This document shows, piece by piece, positions 22,548-34,476 of a stretch of DNA of 34,526 bases. Location of the stretch: positions 37,483,995 to 37,518,520 of the forward strand of contig NC_068988.1 of NCBI RefSeq assembly GCF_001194135.2, read 5' to 3'. Numbering within the stretch: position 1 is the stretch's first letter; each line of letters begins with the position of its first letter. Made by a program: the position numbers and the translations under genes. Under the pieces are notes generated by a model, which did no database searches, was not told the origin of the DNA, and saw only the letters and a list, made by a program, of their open reading frames with translations. Source of the DNA: Octopus bimaculoides. Lineage: Eukaryota.

Positions 22548-22958
22548 TCTTTTTTCTGTCACTGAACTGCAGGTCACCAGCCTCAAAAATTTGGGTCACC
22601 AGCTTGAACTTTTGGGTTACTAGCTTGGAGGTTTTAATGGATGAAATCTACTTCAGTACTTCTTTCTTTAAGGCCCAGTACTTATTCTAGTGGTGTGTTT
22701 TTGCTTAACCGCTGAGTTACAGTGACATGAAGAAAGTTATACTGGTCACCAAGCGGTGAACACAAACATATCGGCTCATATACACATAGACGCACTTATA
22801 TATAAATAAATACATGTCTTGTTTCTGCAGAATTTCCATTCGACAAATTTACTCACAAGGTATTGGTAGACCTGAGCACTAAAAATAGAAGACACCCAAG
22901 GTTCCACACAGTGGTACTAAACTCGAAACTTCTTGGCCACACAGTTATGCCTGCACCT
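22548..22958 (-). mobile_element. SINE family A, full-length but old (head + microsatellite + 3' half)
   Basis: Head and body at ~22820-22958 are homologous to 16203-16365. Segment 22548-22780 is homologous to 2380-2555 (gtaactcagcggttaagcaaaaacacacc..gaataagtactgggcctt). Confidence 0.65.
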
Positions 22959-23944
22959 ATCTTCAATACTCTTGGCTAAATTTAACCAATTTACCAATAG
23001 CTCGGAATCTTACTTTTCTCAATACTAAATTACTAATGTGCTAACAGTAATCTGTTTCGTTACAATAATATACAAGTAAACATATCAATAAGATTTTTAG
23101 TCAACACTGCTACGACAATTGTAAAATCACCAGCATAATATGTGCGAAAGTGCTGTGCATTTCGACGTTTTTTGCTGCTTTGTCAAGAGTTGCAAGGGAG
23201 CTAGAATTATTGGTCAGCCACATTCAAATATCAAACAAACACATTGCTTATAAAACCACCTCAGATGTTCGTATCGACTTTGTTTTTGGAAGTCTAGCAC
23301 TTAAATTTAATTATATTTGCTGCATCTGTGAGTTAAGGGGCATGCATACACATATACATACGTGCATATATACAGACATGCATAAGGACTTTCAACTCAT
23401 AAGGATGTATGATCATCACTGACAAATTATCTTACCCTAGATGTTAAAGACAATGGAGTCAGCAATGCTGAAATCTAAAGTCAGTAACAACTTGCAGAAC
23501 ACTGCTAAGACTCTTACCTAAAAAGTCAAAATGAAGGAAGAGCAATATCTTCGGCTTCCCAATGAGACAGGGGCTATTTCGGAATTTCTTTCTCCTAGGA
23601 AGATGTCTAAATAAAGACTAGTGGTCTCTCACTCCCAGATTTTTAGTAGCTATTGACTCTACTGAGTTCATTCGTCTTTTCACTGGTTTTATTTTTCGTC
23701 CTACACGGTTTCCAACGAAAATCAATTTCCTTACCAAGAAGGCTTGGTAGGGTTGCCGGTTTAGTACCCGACACCCCAACAATGTGGCAGGTTGTGTTAG
23801 ATTACATGTTACAAGTGGCACTTAAAAGACCAGACATGCATATATCTATGCGTACATATATTCTTAATGCATGCATATATTCGCCCAAATTACCTGGCAT
23901 CTCAGATACATTGAAAGTAATAGTAACTATATAGTAACTAAATA

Positions 23945-24230
23945 GCGAAGAATTCACAAAAAAAACAAAAGACGAAGACAGGTGGTGTAGACAAAAAACA
24001 GATGTATTAGTTTAACGCTCGGGAAGTGAAAAAGTCCTTAACGTTTCGAGTCTACGCTCTTCAACGGAAAGAAACAAGGAGTCGGTGTAAGGGATGGGGA
24101 GGGGTGGAATGGAGAGGGAAGGTGGAGTTGGATTGTGTAAGTGTGGGGTTACGAGGGAGGGGTGACGATGAAGGGAGAGGGGGAAGGGAGAAGGTAGGTA
24201 GGAGTGAAGAGAAGAGAGAAGGAGAGTAAG
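23945..24230 (-). mobile_element. Probable PLE pseudo-LTR fragment with degenerate hammerhead-like motif
   Basis: Minus strand tcttt ccgttga a gagc gtag actc gaaa cgtt aagga (24072 to 24035), followed by a pyrimidine-rich tail. Arrangement as in PLE termini. Confidence 0.5.
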
Positions 24231-24519
24231 AATGAAGAGAAGTAGTAGTAACTAAATACTTTAGAATACATAATTACATCTGGTTTTGTTTTATTTTCTG
24301 TCGGATTATGAAAAATATATACCACTGATAGATTCGACTGACCATATACCATACGCATAAGGAATCGTTTTGAATTTAGGAACTACTATTCAACATTCTA
24401 AGTCCCCAACTTGGTTTTTTTGTTTCAATTTCCAGTTTTTTTATATCAAATACACACTTAAATTAAAAACAGAAGTCATATTCCCCTTCAATGATATATG
24501 CACGCATGCGCGCGCATAT

Positions 24520-24597
24520 TATATAGGTTAGATGAATGTGTGTGTATGCGTGTGTGTGCATATGTGTGTGAACATGTGTATATGTGTATGCGCGCTC

Positions 24598-24671
<74 letters not shown>
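24520..24671. repeat. (TG)n microsatellite, pure run at ~24599-24671
   Basis: Direct reading of sequence. Confidence 0.97.
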
Positions 24672-24674
<3 letters not shown>

Positions 24675-24789
24675 GAACTGAGGAATTCTGATAAAGGAAT
24701 AGGAAAAGGAAGTTCAGTAGTAAAGTATGATAAAAACCATATGTGTAATGACAAAGACCATATTCATAATGGCAATATCAAGTGTTGCA

Positions 24790-25392
24790 AGATAGCCGTC
24801 TGGTCGAGTAATTCAAGCACTGCGTTTAGGAAAGAAATGGTTATACTAGGCTTCAGGCAAAAAAAACTATAGGGTAGAGAAGTAAATGATGTCAGGATAA
24901 ACACATTAGTTACATGGTTGTAACTATAAATAAGTAGCATTCAAATGGTATGTTTAATGAAAGTGAAGAAAATATTAAGCAGTCACAAGATTCAAATAAA
25001 GAGCTCTGTAACAGATTGAAATAAAATAAAATATATCAACTCAATTCAATTTAAATGGTAATTAATTTAAATAGATTATATAAACTGTAAGTTGCGTGCA
25101 GAATGAAAACATACTATGTAGTTGCTATACGAATAATAAAGTGACGTATAACAGATTAAAACAAATAAAATAAAATGAATATATTAATTTAGTTAAGCTA
25201 AATAAGTGTATGCAGTATCTTTACTTTGTGCAGTAAAGAGGTAGCATTTGGGGGTTGAAAGATACAGAAAATCGCTTGAAATAGCCGTCTGGTAGTGTAA
25301 TTCAAGCACTGTGTTTGGGAAGGAAATAGTTATACTAGGTATCAGGAGATAAAAAAAAACTATAGGTTAGAAAAGTAAATGAAGTCAGGATA
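24790..25392. repeat. Dispersed direct repeat pair, ~110 bp (24790-24900 and 25281-25392)
   Basis: Both copies read atagccgtctggt..gtaattcaagcactg.gttt.gga..gaaat.gttatactagg..tcagg..aaaaaaaactatagg.taga.aagtaaatga.gtcaggataaa. Confidence 0.9.
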
Positions 25393-25429
25393 AAATGATT
25401 ATGTAGAGTGATTCGTATTAATGAATTTA

Positions 25430-25885
25430 GATTTATGGCAAAATCAAAAGGTCCTAAAGAATGTATGAAAACAAGATAATTGTATTTGGTTATCCGCTAG
25501 TATTTGTATAGATTCTTTCAAGAATAACCAAAACAGAACATTTTGGCCTTGGTATGGAGAATCAGTATTAGTGATAGACCAGGTTATATCATATAGTATA
25601 CTTTGTTTAAAGTTATGTATGTAGTCGGTTAGTGAAGTTGATTTATTGTGTTTATCAGATTTAAAAGGGTTTACCTGGTCTCAGTTCTGACATTTAAAGT
25701 CGACGGATTCTCCAATGTAAACCTTGATAGAGTTTCGCTGTTTGTTAAAGACCGCGCCCTTATAAACGACGTTGAATCTTCAATTGACAATTAGCACGTA
25801 CTTTGAAGTTGCAGTTGGAGCCATTCGGTCTAGGATACTTTTAATTAAGTATGTTATTGTTTCTATTACTAGGAAATTTATAATG
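25430..25885 (-). mobile_element. PLE GIY-YIG endonuclease relic
   Basis: NGSNCNFKVRANCQL..VYKGAV..KVYIGESVDFK..KSTSLTDYIHNFK..YDITWSI..LKESIQIL, matching the CNC..CPL..VVYKA..YIG..FK..ST.LS.Y..Y.I.WSI pattern of PLE endonucleases. Confidence 0.75.
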
Positions 25886-25936
25886 AGTTGAGTTGCATCC
25901 TTCAGATTGATCCTCCTTGTATATGCTATATTCAGT

Positions 25937-26319
25937 GGAGGCGCAATGGCCCAGTGGTTAGGGAAGCTGACTCGCGCTCATAGGATCGCGGTTTCGATTC
26001 CCAGACCGGGCGTTGTGAGTGTTTATTGAGCGAAAACAACTAAAGCTCCACGAGGCTCCGGCAGGGGATGGTGGCGAACCCTGCTGTACTCTTCCACCAC
26101 AACTTTCTCTTACTCTTACTTCCTGTTTCTGTTGTGCCTGCAATTCTAAGGGTCAGCTTTGTCACACTGTGTCACGCTGAATATCCCCGAGAACTACGTT
26201 AAGGGTACACGTGTCTGTGGAGTGCTCAGCCACTTGCACGTTAATTTCACGATCAGGCTGTTCGATTGATCGGATCAACTGGAACCCACGACGTCGTAAT
26301 CGACGGAGTGCCAACAACA
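25937..26319 (+). mobile_element. tRNA-derived SINE family D
   Basis: A box TGGCCCAGTGG (25947-25957), B box GTTTCGATTCC (25991-26001), ~320-bp unrelated body, ends in a (CAA)n-like tail. Confidence 0.85.
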
Positions 26320-26465
26320 TGCTATATTCAAGGGGGTTGTTAGTACTATCCATGGTATTATTATTCAGATTAATCCTTTTATATGTTTTGGTGATAAAAA
26401 GAATAGATGTCCTGATTTCTTGAGAGCTGGTGAATCTGGCGCGATGAGGTTCTCATAGTTGTTGG

Positions 26466-26466
<1 letters not shown>

Positions 26467-26522
<56 letters not shown>

Positions 26523-26550
26523 CATCATCATTATTCCTATTATTATTATT
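26467..26550. repeat. (ATT)n/(ATC)n microsatellite, the (AAT)n tail of element E
   Basis: Direct reading; contiguous with the 3' end of E copy 2. Confidence 0.95.
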
Positions 26551-26951
26551 GAGTGAGAGAGCAGTGCATGCCATGAAAGTGACACTGGGGTAAAATATAC
26601 GAAGCCCAATATATCCATCATGACTACCCGTCTGATAAGGGTACACCCGGCACATGCATCACAACCATATGTACGCGACATAGTGATCTCATATCAAGAT
26701 AAACAGCGCATGACCTCGCAGGTGGGGCCCAGTTAGAATTTTCGTCAGGTCGCGTAGCCCATCCCGCTCAAAAGGTCCTTGAATAAGGTTTATTTAAGGA
26801 TATTGAGCAAAATACGCATGTTTCCAAAGGTGAATTATTCAAACCCCAAAGAATTCCTCTCAACACATGGCTATGATGCTCTCCCACTACTTCTGCTCAA
26901 GATCAGAGATGCACATATCATCAGCCACCAGGTGACATACTCAACTGATTA
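26551..26951 (-). mobile_element. Element E, copy 2 (5'-truncated, intact 3' end)
   Basis: Reverse complement of 6305-6689, extended by tgcactgctctctcactc then (AAT)n. Confidence 0.85.
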
Positions 26952-28760
26952 TATATTTTATGATTATTGGTGCTACCTTGTTCTTGGCTAGTGTTTCTAG
27001 GATCCTTGTGTGGGGAATACTATTAAAAGCCTTTCAGTAATCGATCCAGGTCATGTTTAGACCTTTCGTCTTTCTGCGGCTGTCTTCAGATATGGCTTTA
27101 TTGATCACTAGTTGATCGTTACAGCCGTATGAGCCCTTGCAGCATCCCTTCTGCCCTTCTGGAAACAGGTTGTTTTCTTCCAGGTGCTTGCCCATTCTTT
27201 GCGATATTATTGCAGTAAAGGCTTTGTAAATTGTAGGAAGAGAAGTTATTTGTCTGTAATTTTGTGGGTTTGCCGTTTCAGTGGATTTGGGAATTAAGAT
27301 TCCTTTTCGAGAGCCATTCAGGGATTGTCTCTGTTTCTGCTAGTATGTTATTAAATTTCTCAACCAGCTTTTTGTGTGTTCCTGTCAGATGTCTTAACCA
27401 GAAGTTGGGGATCTTATCGTGCCTTCCAGCTGCTTAGTTTTGCAGTTCCTGGGCGACCTCTTCAGTCGCTATAGGGGTCCAGAGTTGTTCAGGTAATGAG
27501 TTCGTTGTTTTGATCGACATTTTCTGAGGTTGTTTCTTCGCCGACCATATTTCTTTCCAAAATTCTTTCACTTCTTCTGCTGTTGATGCCGCATTGATGC
27601 CTATTTTATTTTTGCCAAGTTCCTGGTAGAATCGTTTGAGGTTGAAGTTGAACTGTTTGTTTTGTTCAAAGAAACGTTGGCGTTTCTCGTCCTTTGTGCT
27701 TTGGCAAGGATATCTTGCTTTTGTTGTTCTTTTACCTCAGGTAAACCTTTTACTGTAATGTTGTATTGGCACAGTATCTTTGTTCTCTTCTTGTTGCTTA
27801 GTGGTGTTGAATGTCTACTAGTTTCGTTAAGGATTGACAGGTCTTTTCTCTTGTTTTCTCTTGTTTTCTGGATATTATTTATCCACAGTGTTTGTTTGGG
27901 TGGTGGTACTCTTGTTTGGATGGGTCTGAGGGAGTATCCAGCTTCTTTTGTGGCTACAGTGGCTGCTGCATATATTATGTTATTTAGCCCGATGATATTG
28001 ACATTTCTTTCTGTGGCTATTAGTTCTGTGACGTTGTTTTAGTATCAATTCTAATTTTTGGGAGGTACATTCGGTGGTCCATACTGAGATCTGTGGCTTT
28101 CATTTCTTTGATTATGCTCATTTTAGAGTATCACAATCATTAGGTTCACCTTCACTGTTTCCAGGTTTTAGATTTGTTTCGCCTTCCTTCCCGTTCATAT
28201 ATTTGTCTGTGGTGTTCTGGTTTGGTGCTTTTTGCGCATCATTATACATTCCTACGGTCTGGGTTTGTTCACTTCGCTTTTGTTGGAAATGTTACGCCTG
28301 TCTTCATGTTTTACAGTTCTGATGCTTATGATATTATTTAGCATTGATGTGTGGTTACTATCTACATTTTCCTGATGTATTTTTCCTATTAAGTGTTCTA
28401 TTTCTATTTCTGATATTATTTTCATTGTTTTTGTTTTGAGAATATATTTTCGTATGTTAACTAGTTTATTAGGGTTCAATGCTGTATTCAAGTCTTTATT
28501 TAGGCTTTTTTTTCCAGATTTTATATGTATATGTTGTGGTGTTTTCATTCTTTGGGTAGAGCACTACTGTAAAATAAGCGTAAATATATTCCTCTCGTGT
28601 CCATATATGCTTTCTGATTTTATCTGCGGGACATGAGGAATAACGTCCGGCCCTTTATTTTGACGGTCATCATTTTCGTAGGGTACCGGTCCTTTCATTT
28701 CTGGTGTTAAATTGTACTGTACATGTAATTTTTCGTACTTTTTGTGTAACAAGTTTAAAG
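26952..28760 (-). mobile_element. R4/Dong-type LINE copy Z (N-terminus to mid-RT)
   Basis: HIWTREEYIYAY..LNPNKLVNIRKYILK..EIEIEHL; LPKIRI; NNIIYAAATVA; SWKA..KIPNFWL; LIPKSTETANPQNYRQITSLPTIYKAFT; QKGCCKGSYGC; WIDY*KAFNSIPH. Confidence 0.88.
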
Positions 28761-29109
28761 TACATACTTCCCGATTGTTATTCTTGGGTTGAATAACACC
28801 GATATTATTTAACTAATTAATTTATTTATTTTGTACATGGTGTTTGGGGACGGAGATGGTCTGGTGTTGATTGGATCGTAATGTGGCAAGCGTGTTTACA
28901 TGTGCTGTGCGCGTTGTGGAAATGATATACAGTTAAAATACATGATTTCATTTGGAAAATAGAAATAAGTTTCAATGAGTATTACTTACTCGGATATAGT
29001 CCAACATTTTGTCAACTATTTTTGGCTCCATGTGATGACTTTATTCCCGATGTTTTTCGATAGATTTTGGAGCAGTGTTTCACTGCTCTCACATGTTAAA
29101 AGTCCCTGG

Positions 29110-32100
29110 TTATTATTATTATTTATTGCTTTATTATTTTTTCTTCTTTCTTCAAATTTTCTTCCATTTCTCGCCAAGTGTTTTCCGTACACCTAGGGCA
29201 GAGATGCTCATTGTATGCATTCCCAGTTTACACACGCAAATTCATAAATTAATAAATAAATAAATAAATTCATGAATGGATGTTGTTTTCACAGCGATAA
29301 TGCTCTTCTCAGTACATAAGTCGTTCCAGTCAACACGATTTTTTGCACTTCCTGCAGGGATGGTAAGCCTGGTATCATTTTCATACAGGTTTCAGTACCC
29401 TTTTTTTTATCATTCCTAGAGATTCTACAAGAGAATCGATACATTTTCTCCCTCAATCACAGCTTCAGGATGGTGTTTATACCATTTGTCAGCGGTTTTG
29501 ATTTTATAATGCCGACATATTGTCCAGTGTAAATACTGGCCGACTCTGTCATATCTTGCTTTATATTCTACAGGTGCTAAGACTCTACACCCTGAAATCA
29601 GGTGGTCTATAGTTTCAATCTCATCGTTACAGAATCGGCATTTTGGGTCAGCTCCATACTTTATCACATTGGCCTGGTAGCTCCGGGTTAATAAGCTTTG
29701 GTCTTGAGCAGCTAATATGAAACCTTCACTCTCTGCTTTTAGCACTGAATTTCGTAACCATTGATGCGTGTTTCTGGTCGACATCAGCTTGTTTGCTACG
29801 AGCCACTTACTTGCCATGCAGAGGTTTCTGTTCCCATCTACTAGCTAATTTTTCATGTGCTTTTGTCTTTGCCATTAATTTTATTTTCTTTGCAGCAGCG
29901 GTTGGCACATTTCCTTCAACCTGATCAATCTGGTAGGTATCTAAGAGATCAGTAGCGAATTTTTTGCTCTCTTTCAGAATAGAGTGTTTTTTCGGTCTTT
30001 CATGTTTTTCTACAAGTTACAACATCCAATCTTTGGTTGTTTCAAGGTATTTGGCCAGTCCGATTGTGGTGGTTTTGTACGTAAGTTCAAGCTGGATGAA
30101 GCCTCGACCTCACTGAGTTCTGGGAACGTAAAGACGATCCACGTCTGCCTTTGGATGATGCATCTTATTACAAGTCAGTTGCTTCCGGATTTTTCTATCC
30201 ATTTTCATTATTTCACTGGTATTCCAGTTAAGTACATTGAAGCTATAAAGAACAACTGGGACTGCTAAGGAATTTATGGCTAACAGCTTATTATATGCAT
30301 TCAACTCAAACTTCAGGACTGCTCGAACTCTTCTATACATTCCTTCCTAACCTTCTCTTTCATGCTTGCATGTTGGATACCAGAGCCTTCATTTATTCCT
30401 AGGTATTTATAAGTTTGTTCCTGCTCAAGTGCTTTTATTACTGTTTAGACATCTAATTCGATTGAACTTGACTTTACCAGTTTCCCTTTCTAAAAAGTGG
30501 CTTTGGCACACTTTTCAAGGCCAAACTCCATCCCGATATCATCACTGAATCCTTTCACAGTATGTAGTAGTCCTTCAAGCTCTTCATCATCTTCGCCATA
30601 TAGTTTTAAATCATCCATATAAAATAGATGGCTTATTTTCCTGTTGTCAATTTCGTAGCCATACCCTGTTCTATTCAGTTCGCTTGAGAGTGGTATTAGT
30701 GCTATGCAGAAAATTAGTGGTGAAAGTGAGTGACCTTAGAAAATGCCACAATTTATGCTAATATTGTTTGAGCGCAATGCTCCATTAGAATGATATAATT
30801 GGAGCTTCGTGTTCCATAGTGACATATTATACTTTAAAAAATCTGAAATCACAGGAGAAATTTTGAAAATGTCCAGCGATTTCAGAATTCACGAATGTGG
30901 TATGCTGTCAAAGGCTTTTTTATAATCAATCCATGAAGAGCTGAGATTTCTGCGCTTGTTAAGGTAGTTCTCAAGGATCATACGATTAATTAAGAGCTGA
31001 TCTTTGCATCCGTATGAGCCTCGTCTGCATCCTTTTTGTTCAGTGGGAAAGAGGTTATTCTCTTCCATAAACGTATATGTTTTCTCCACTAGAATAGATG
31101 TCAAAATCTTATAGGTAGTAGACAAACATGTTATAGGCCGGTAGTTTTTTGGATTTTTGGTTTCGTTATTTTTGGGGAGGAGGTAAGTAATACCATTTGC
31201 CATCCAATGGGGAGTTTTTTCCGGGTCTTTCATAATACTATTAAATAGTATTCTAACATTTTGTGTGCGGACGAGAGTGATGAGAGCCAGAAATTTGGTA
31301 CTCTATCAATACCAGGGGATTTCCACTTATGAGCCTTCGTTAGTGCCCTCCTTAGGTCGGCGATTGAGATGTCTTCCCATACCTGTTCTTGTCAATTTTT
31401 GTAGGCATCTTGGGTGCGTTTGATCCACTCTGCATTTTCATTGTATGGTTTCTCATCACTCTAGATCCCTTTCCAAAAGTTTTCAACTTCTCCCATTAAG
31501 GGTGGATTTTCAATGGTTATTTGTTTTCTTTCTCTATTTCCCTGTAAAATGATTTGGCATTGAATTTGAACATCTTATTTTGCTTGTAGAATTTGATTCT
31601 TTTCTCAAATCTGCGTATTCTCTGAGCTTTTGCTTGAACTTTTTGTTTAAGTGTTTCTTTTGCTGACATGAGTTCTTCTCTTGTTGAGAGTCCATATTTT
31701 CTCACAATTTTCCTGCCTTTTCTTGATCGTACACCATTTACAGAGATTAGCTCAGTTAATAATGATAGCTCCCTTCGCAATGACTCAATATCAGTTTCAA
31801 TTCTACTCCTCCAGTTTGATTTTCTTTTCGAATTTGGTATTGTTGGTTTTTTGGATGTTAAACAGCGTCTTTCGATTACCTTAGCAACAGAGTAAATAAT
31901 TTCAGTTAACTTATTAAGATCGGGTTTTAGTTGTTGTATGATTTCTTGTATAACGCAGTTGCCAATTTTTATTTGTGTTTTATGTTGGTGTGCATTTGAG
32001 AGTTTATGGAGTGGTTCCCTACCATTCATATTTGTATACCCTACAACTGCAAGCTCATTCAGAACTTCCTCTCTCGTTTCAATGGTAGATTTTCTGTGTT

Positions 32101-32525
32101 GTTCAGCAAATATGTGGTCTCCAAATTCTGTTTTGACATCATTTTCCTGACTTTTTTCTAGGGTCATTACATTTTCCTTTTTCTTCAGGCTCTTGAGTGG
32201 TTTCGGCAGATGGTCGCCTTTCGGTCAATACTTGTGGTCCAAAATTCCTCTCCTCTGCTTTGTTATTTCTTTCCTGACTTATATTTAGGTCATTCTCTAC
32301 CACTTTTTTAATAGAAGTTAATTCTGCATCTGTGAGTCTGGTATTTCTGAAGATATCTCTTCTAACATTTGCTAATCTCATTTCATACAGGTTTGGTCTG
32401 CTAGCTGGATTCCGGCTCCTCCAAATTCTGTAGGAGTTTGAGGTGTTTCTCTTGGGTTGGACTATTTAATGCAACGTAATAAGCGTATATTACTTCTTTA
32501 TATTCTTCCCGGTTCCATTTAGTTA
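29110..32525 (-). mobile_element. R4/Dong-type LINE copy Y, near full-length, defective, 3' UTR ending in (AAT)n
   Basis: KWNREEYKEVIYAYY; RLANVRRDI; WRSRIETDI; KWKSPG..NFWL; NYRPITCLST; QKGCRRGSYGCKDQL; WIDYKKAFDSIPH; SHLFYMDDLKLY (~30605-30640); HPKADVDRLYVPR; ESEGFILAAQDQ; CRFC..ETIDHLISGC; ..VLRRALSL*. Then a 3' UTR and aataataataa at ~29111-29135. Endonuclease core deleted. Confidence 0.95.
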
Positions 32526-33720
32526 TCTTTTGATCCAGTAGCCTTGAACTCCATGTGATCCCGGGGCCTTCCAGTTGCTCATCTTTTTGCTGATTTCCTT
32601 CACTTTCCTGACTGAAATGACTAGTTCTGCCTGTTTTGGACAGACTACTGTTCGTTTCAGTTCTTTCAGCCATTCAGCATCCTTCTTGTGCTCCTTGTAT
32701 TTGCTCCAGATGTCACTCCAAAGCCTTTGCCGTTCAATATTATCTGGTATCAACTTTTCATCTGTACACTCTCCATTATTTCTTTGTAGAATCTCTTCTT
32801 ATCTGCTCTGAAAAACCTATTCTGGTGGTAACCCTTCATTCTTTGGTCGTATCTTACCATCTTTGCTTTCTTTGCAACGAGGCGCTGTTTCAGTTCTTCC
32901 ATCACCACCTTCAGGTCCTTTCTTTCAATATACTTCCTTTTCAGTGATTTCTGTTCGCTTTTAAGATCCCCTTTCTCTTTTCGGTCTAACAGAGATTTCC
33001 TTCGAGAGCATATCTGTATTCTTCTTTTCCACCATGGATTTTTTTCTTTTGTCACTCCCCCAATTTTTTTTTTTTTTTGACATCAATACCCACGTTTTCT
33101 GCTACAACAATACTTGCTGCCTTGATCAAATTATTTATTTCTGTGATGTTGTTTGTTTTGATGTATTTCAGAATTTCATTGACATTTTTCGTTTCTTTGT
33201 TCAATTTCCATCGATCAACCTTTTAAAGGTTGCAAATAATGTCGCTATCGTTCTCTTGTAGTCTTGCCTTTATTCTGCCGTAGATTACTTTTTGTTCATC
33301 TATCATGTCGCCATTAGTTTTATTGTCTTTTTTTAGATCATCTATATGTCTCTCATCAAGTAAACTACCACTGCTTCTTTCCTGCGCTATGAGATTACTC
33401 TTATTAGTTAGAACTGTATTTTCATTGTTATCTCTGCTGCTATTTTCCAAGACCCGTCTTTTAACAGTTTCTAGCTCTACTTCTGCGAACCAACGATTTT
33501 TTCTTATCGCTCTACCTTGATCACATAGTCTGTGTTCCGTGAGTTGAAACGATCCCTTTTCTCTCCAATACGTTGTTGGTAACCCCTAATTTGAGCACCA
33601 TTTTCATATACCGGACTGCTCAGGTAGTAACACTCCATGACCACAGCATCAATTTGCTTGCTCTACCTACGCCGTGTGTGGTGGTCAGTTTCTGGATATC
33701 TACAGGCTGGAGCCGGACCA
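32523..33720 (-). mobile_element. R4/Dong-type LINE copy X (N-terminus to start of RT)
   Basis: VVMECYYLSSP..GYQQR; TEHRLCDQGRAIRKNRW..ELETVKRR; EINNLIKAASIVV; PWWKRRIQ; LKQRLVAKKAK..RFYKEI; WSDIW; NWKAPGSHGVQGYWIK. Confidence 0.88.
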
Positions 33721-34475
33721 GAATCTCTGAGCGTACTGAGTGTAACACTGTCACCATCATTGGATTCAGTTTCATTACCACTGTTATTCACAATATTTTG
33801 TTTTTACATTGTCACTCATATGAGGTAGCAGCTATTAGGTTGCGCAATTACCAGTGTTTTTATTGTGACACCATCACTAAATGTATCATCAATCAGTCCA
33901 TGGGGAAGTTCCACCCGTTTCCTTTCTTTATTATTATTATCATCGCTGATATCACTGATATTATAGTTTTCATGTGTAGTAGCAGCAGTGGTTGCAGCAA
34001 CAGTAACAGTAGCAGGGGTGGAGTAGTGGTTAGGGTTATAGATGGGCCTCAGATTCCTGTGCTATCATAATAGTAGTATTTATAGTATTAGCAGCTGCAG
34101 CATATTATTATTATTTTTATTTGTATCATTATCACCATCACGACCACTACCATTGTTATTATCATTATTACTATTTCCATTTATAATTAAAAGATTTTAC
34201 TAAATGTTCTTTATTTTCAAATTTTGTCTTGTACTTGAGATAATCATAAATATGTGATTGTTGAAGGAAATAGTTGGGTAGTAGCTTGGTGAATAGATCA
34301 TATTCTACAGGTCTATAAATATGTGGGAGGTCAGCCATAGGGACAAAAGAATCTTCGCACCCTTTGGGTCAGCAAAGGTCAAATGTGTTTACAGCTACCA
34401 GTGACCACTGACAGCGCTGCCTTGAAAAGAATCAATTCAACCTGTTCTATTTGTAATTACTGGTAGAAAAACAAT

Positions 34476-34476
<1 letters not shown>

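Noticed and set aside
26365-26681. Poly-Asn and poly-Ile ORFs
   Set aside because: Translations of (AAT)n plus element E.
27662-28636. Hydrophobic plus-strand ORFs resembling membrane proteins
   Set aside because: Antisense shadows of the A-rich Dong Z coding strand.
33720-33950. HDV-like ribozyme at the 5' end of Dong X (also tried at the 5' end of element E)
   Set aside because: Fragments such as cttccccat and cctaat resemble L3 and J4/2, but P1, P2 and P1.1 pairings could not be completed by hand.
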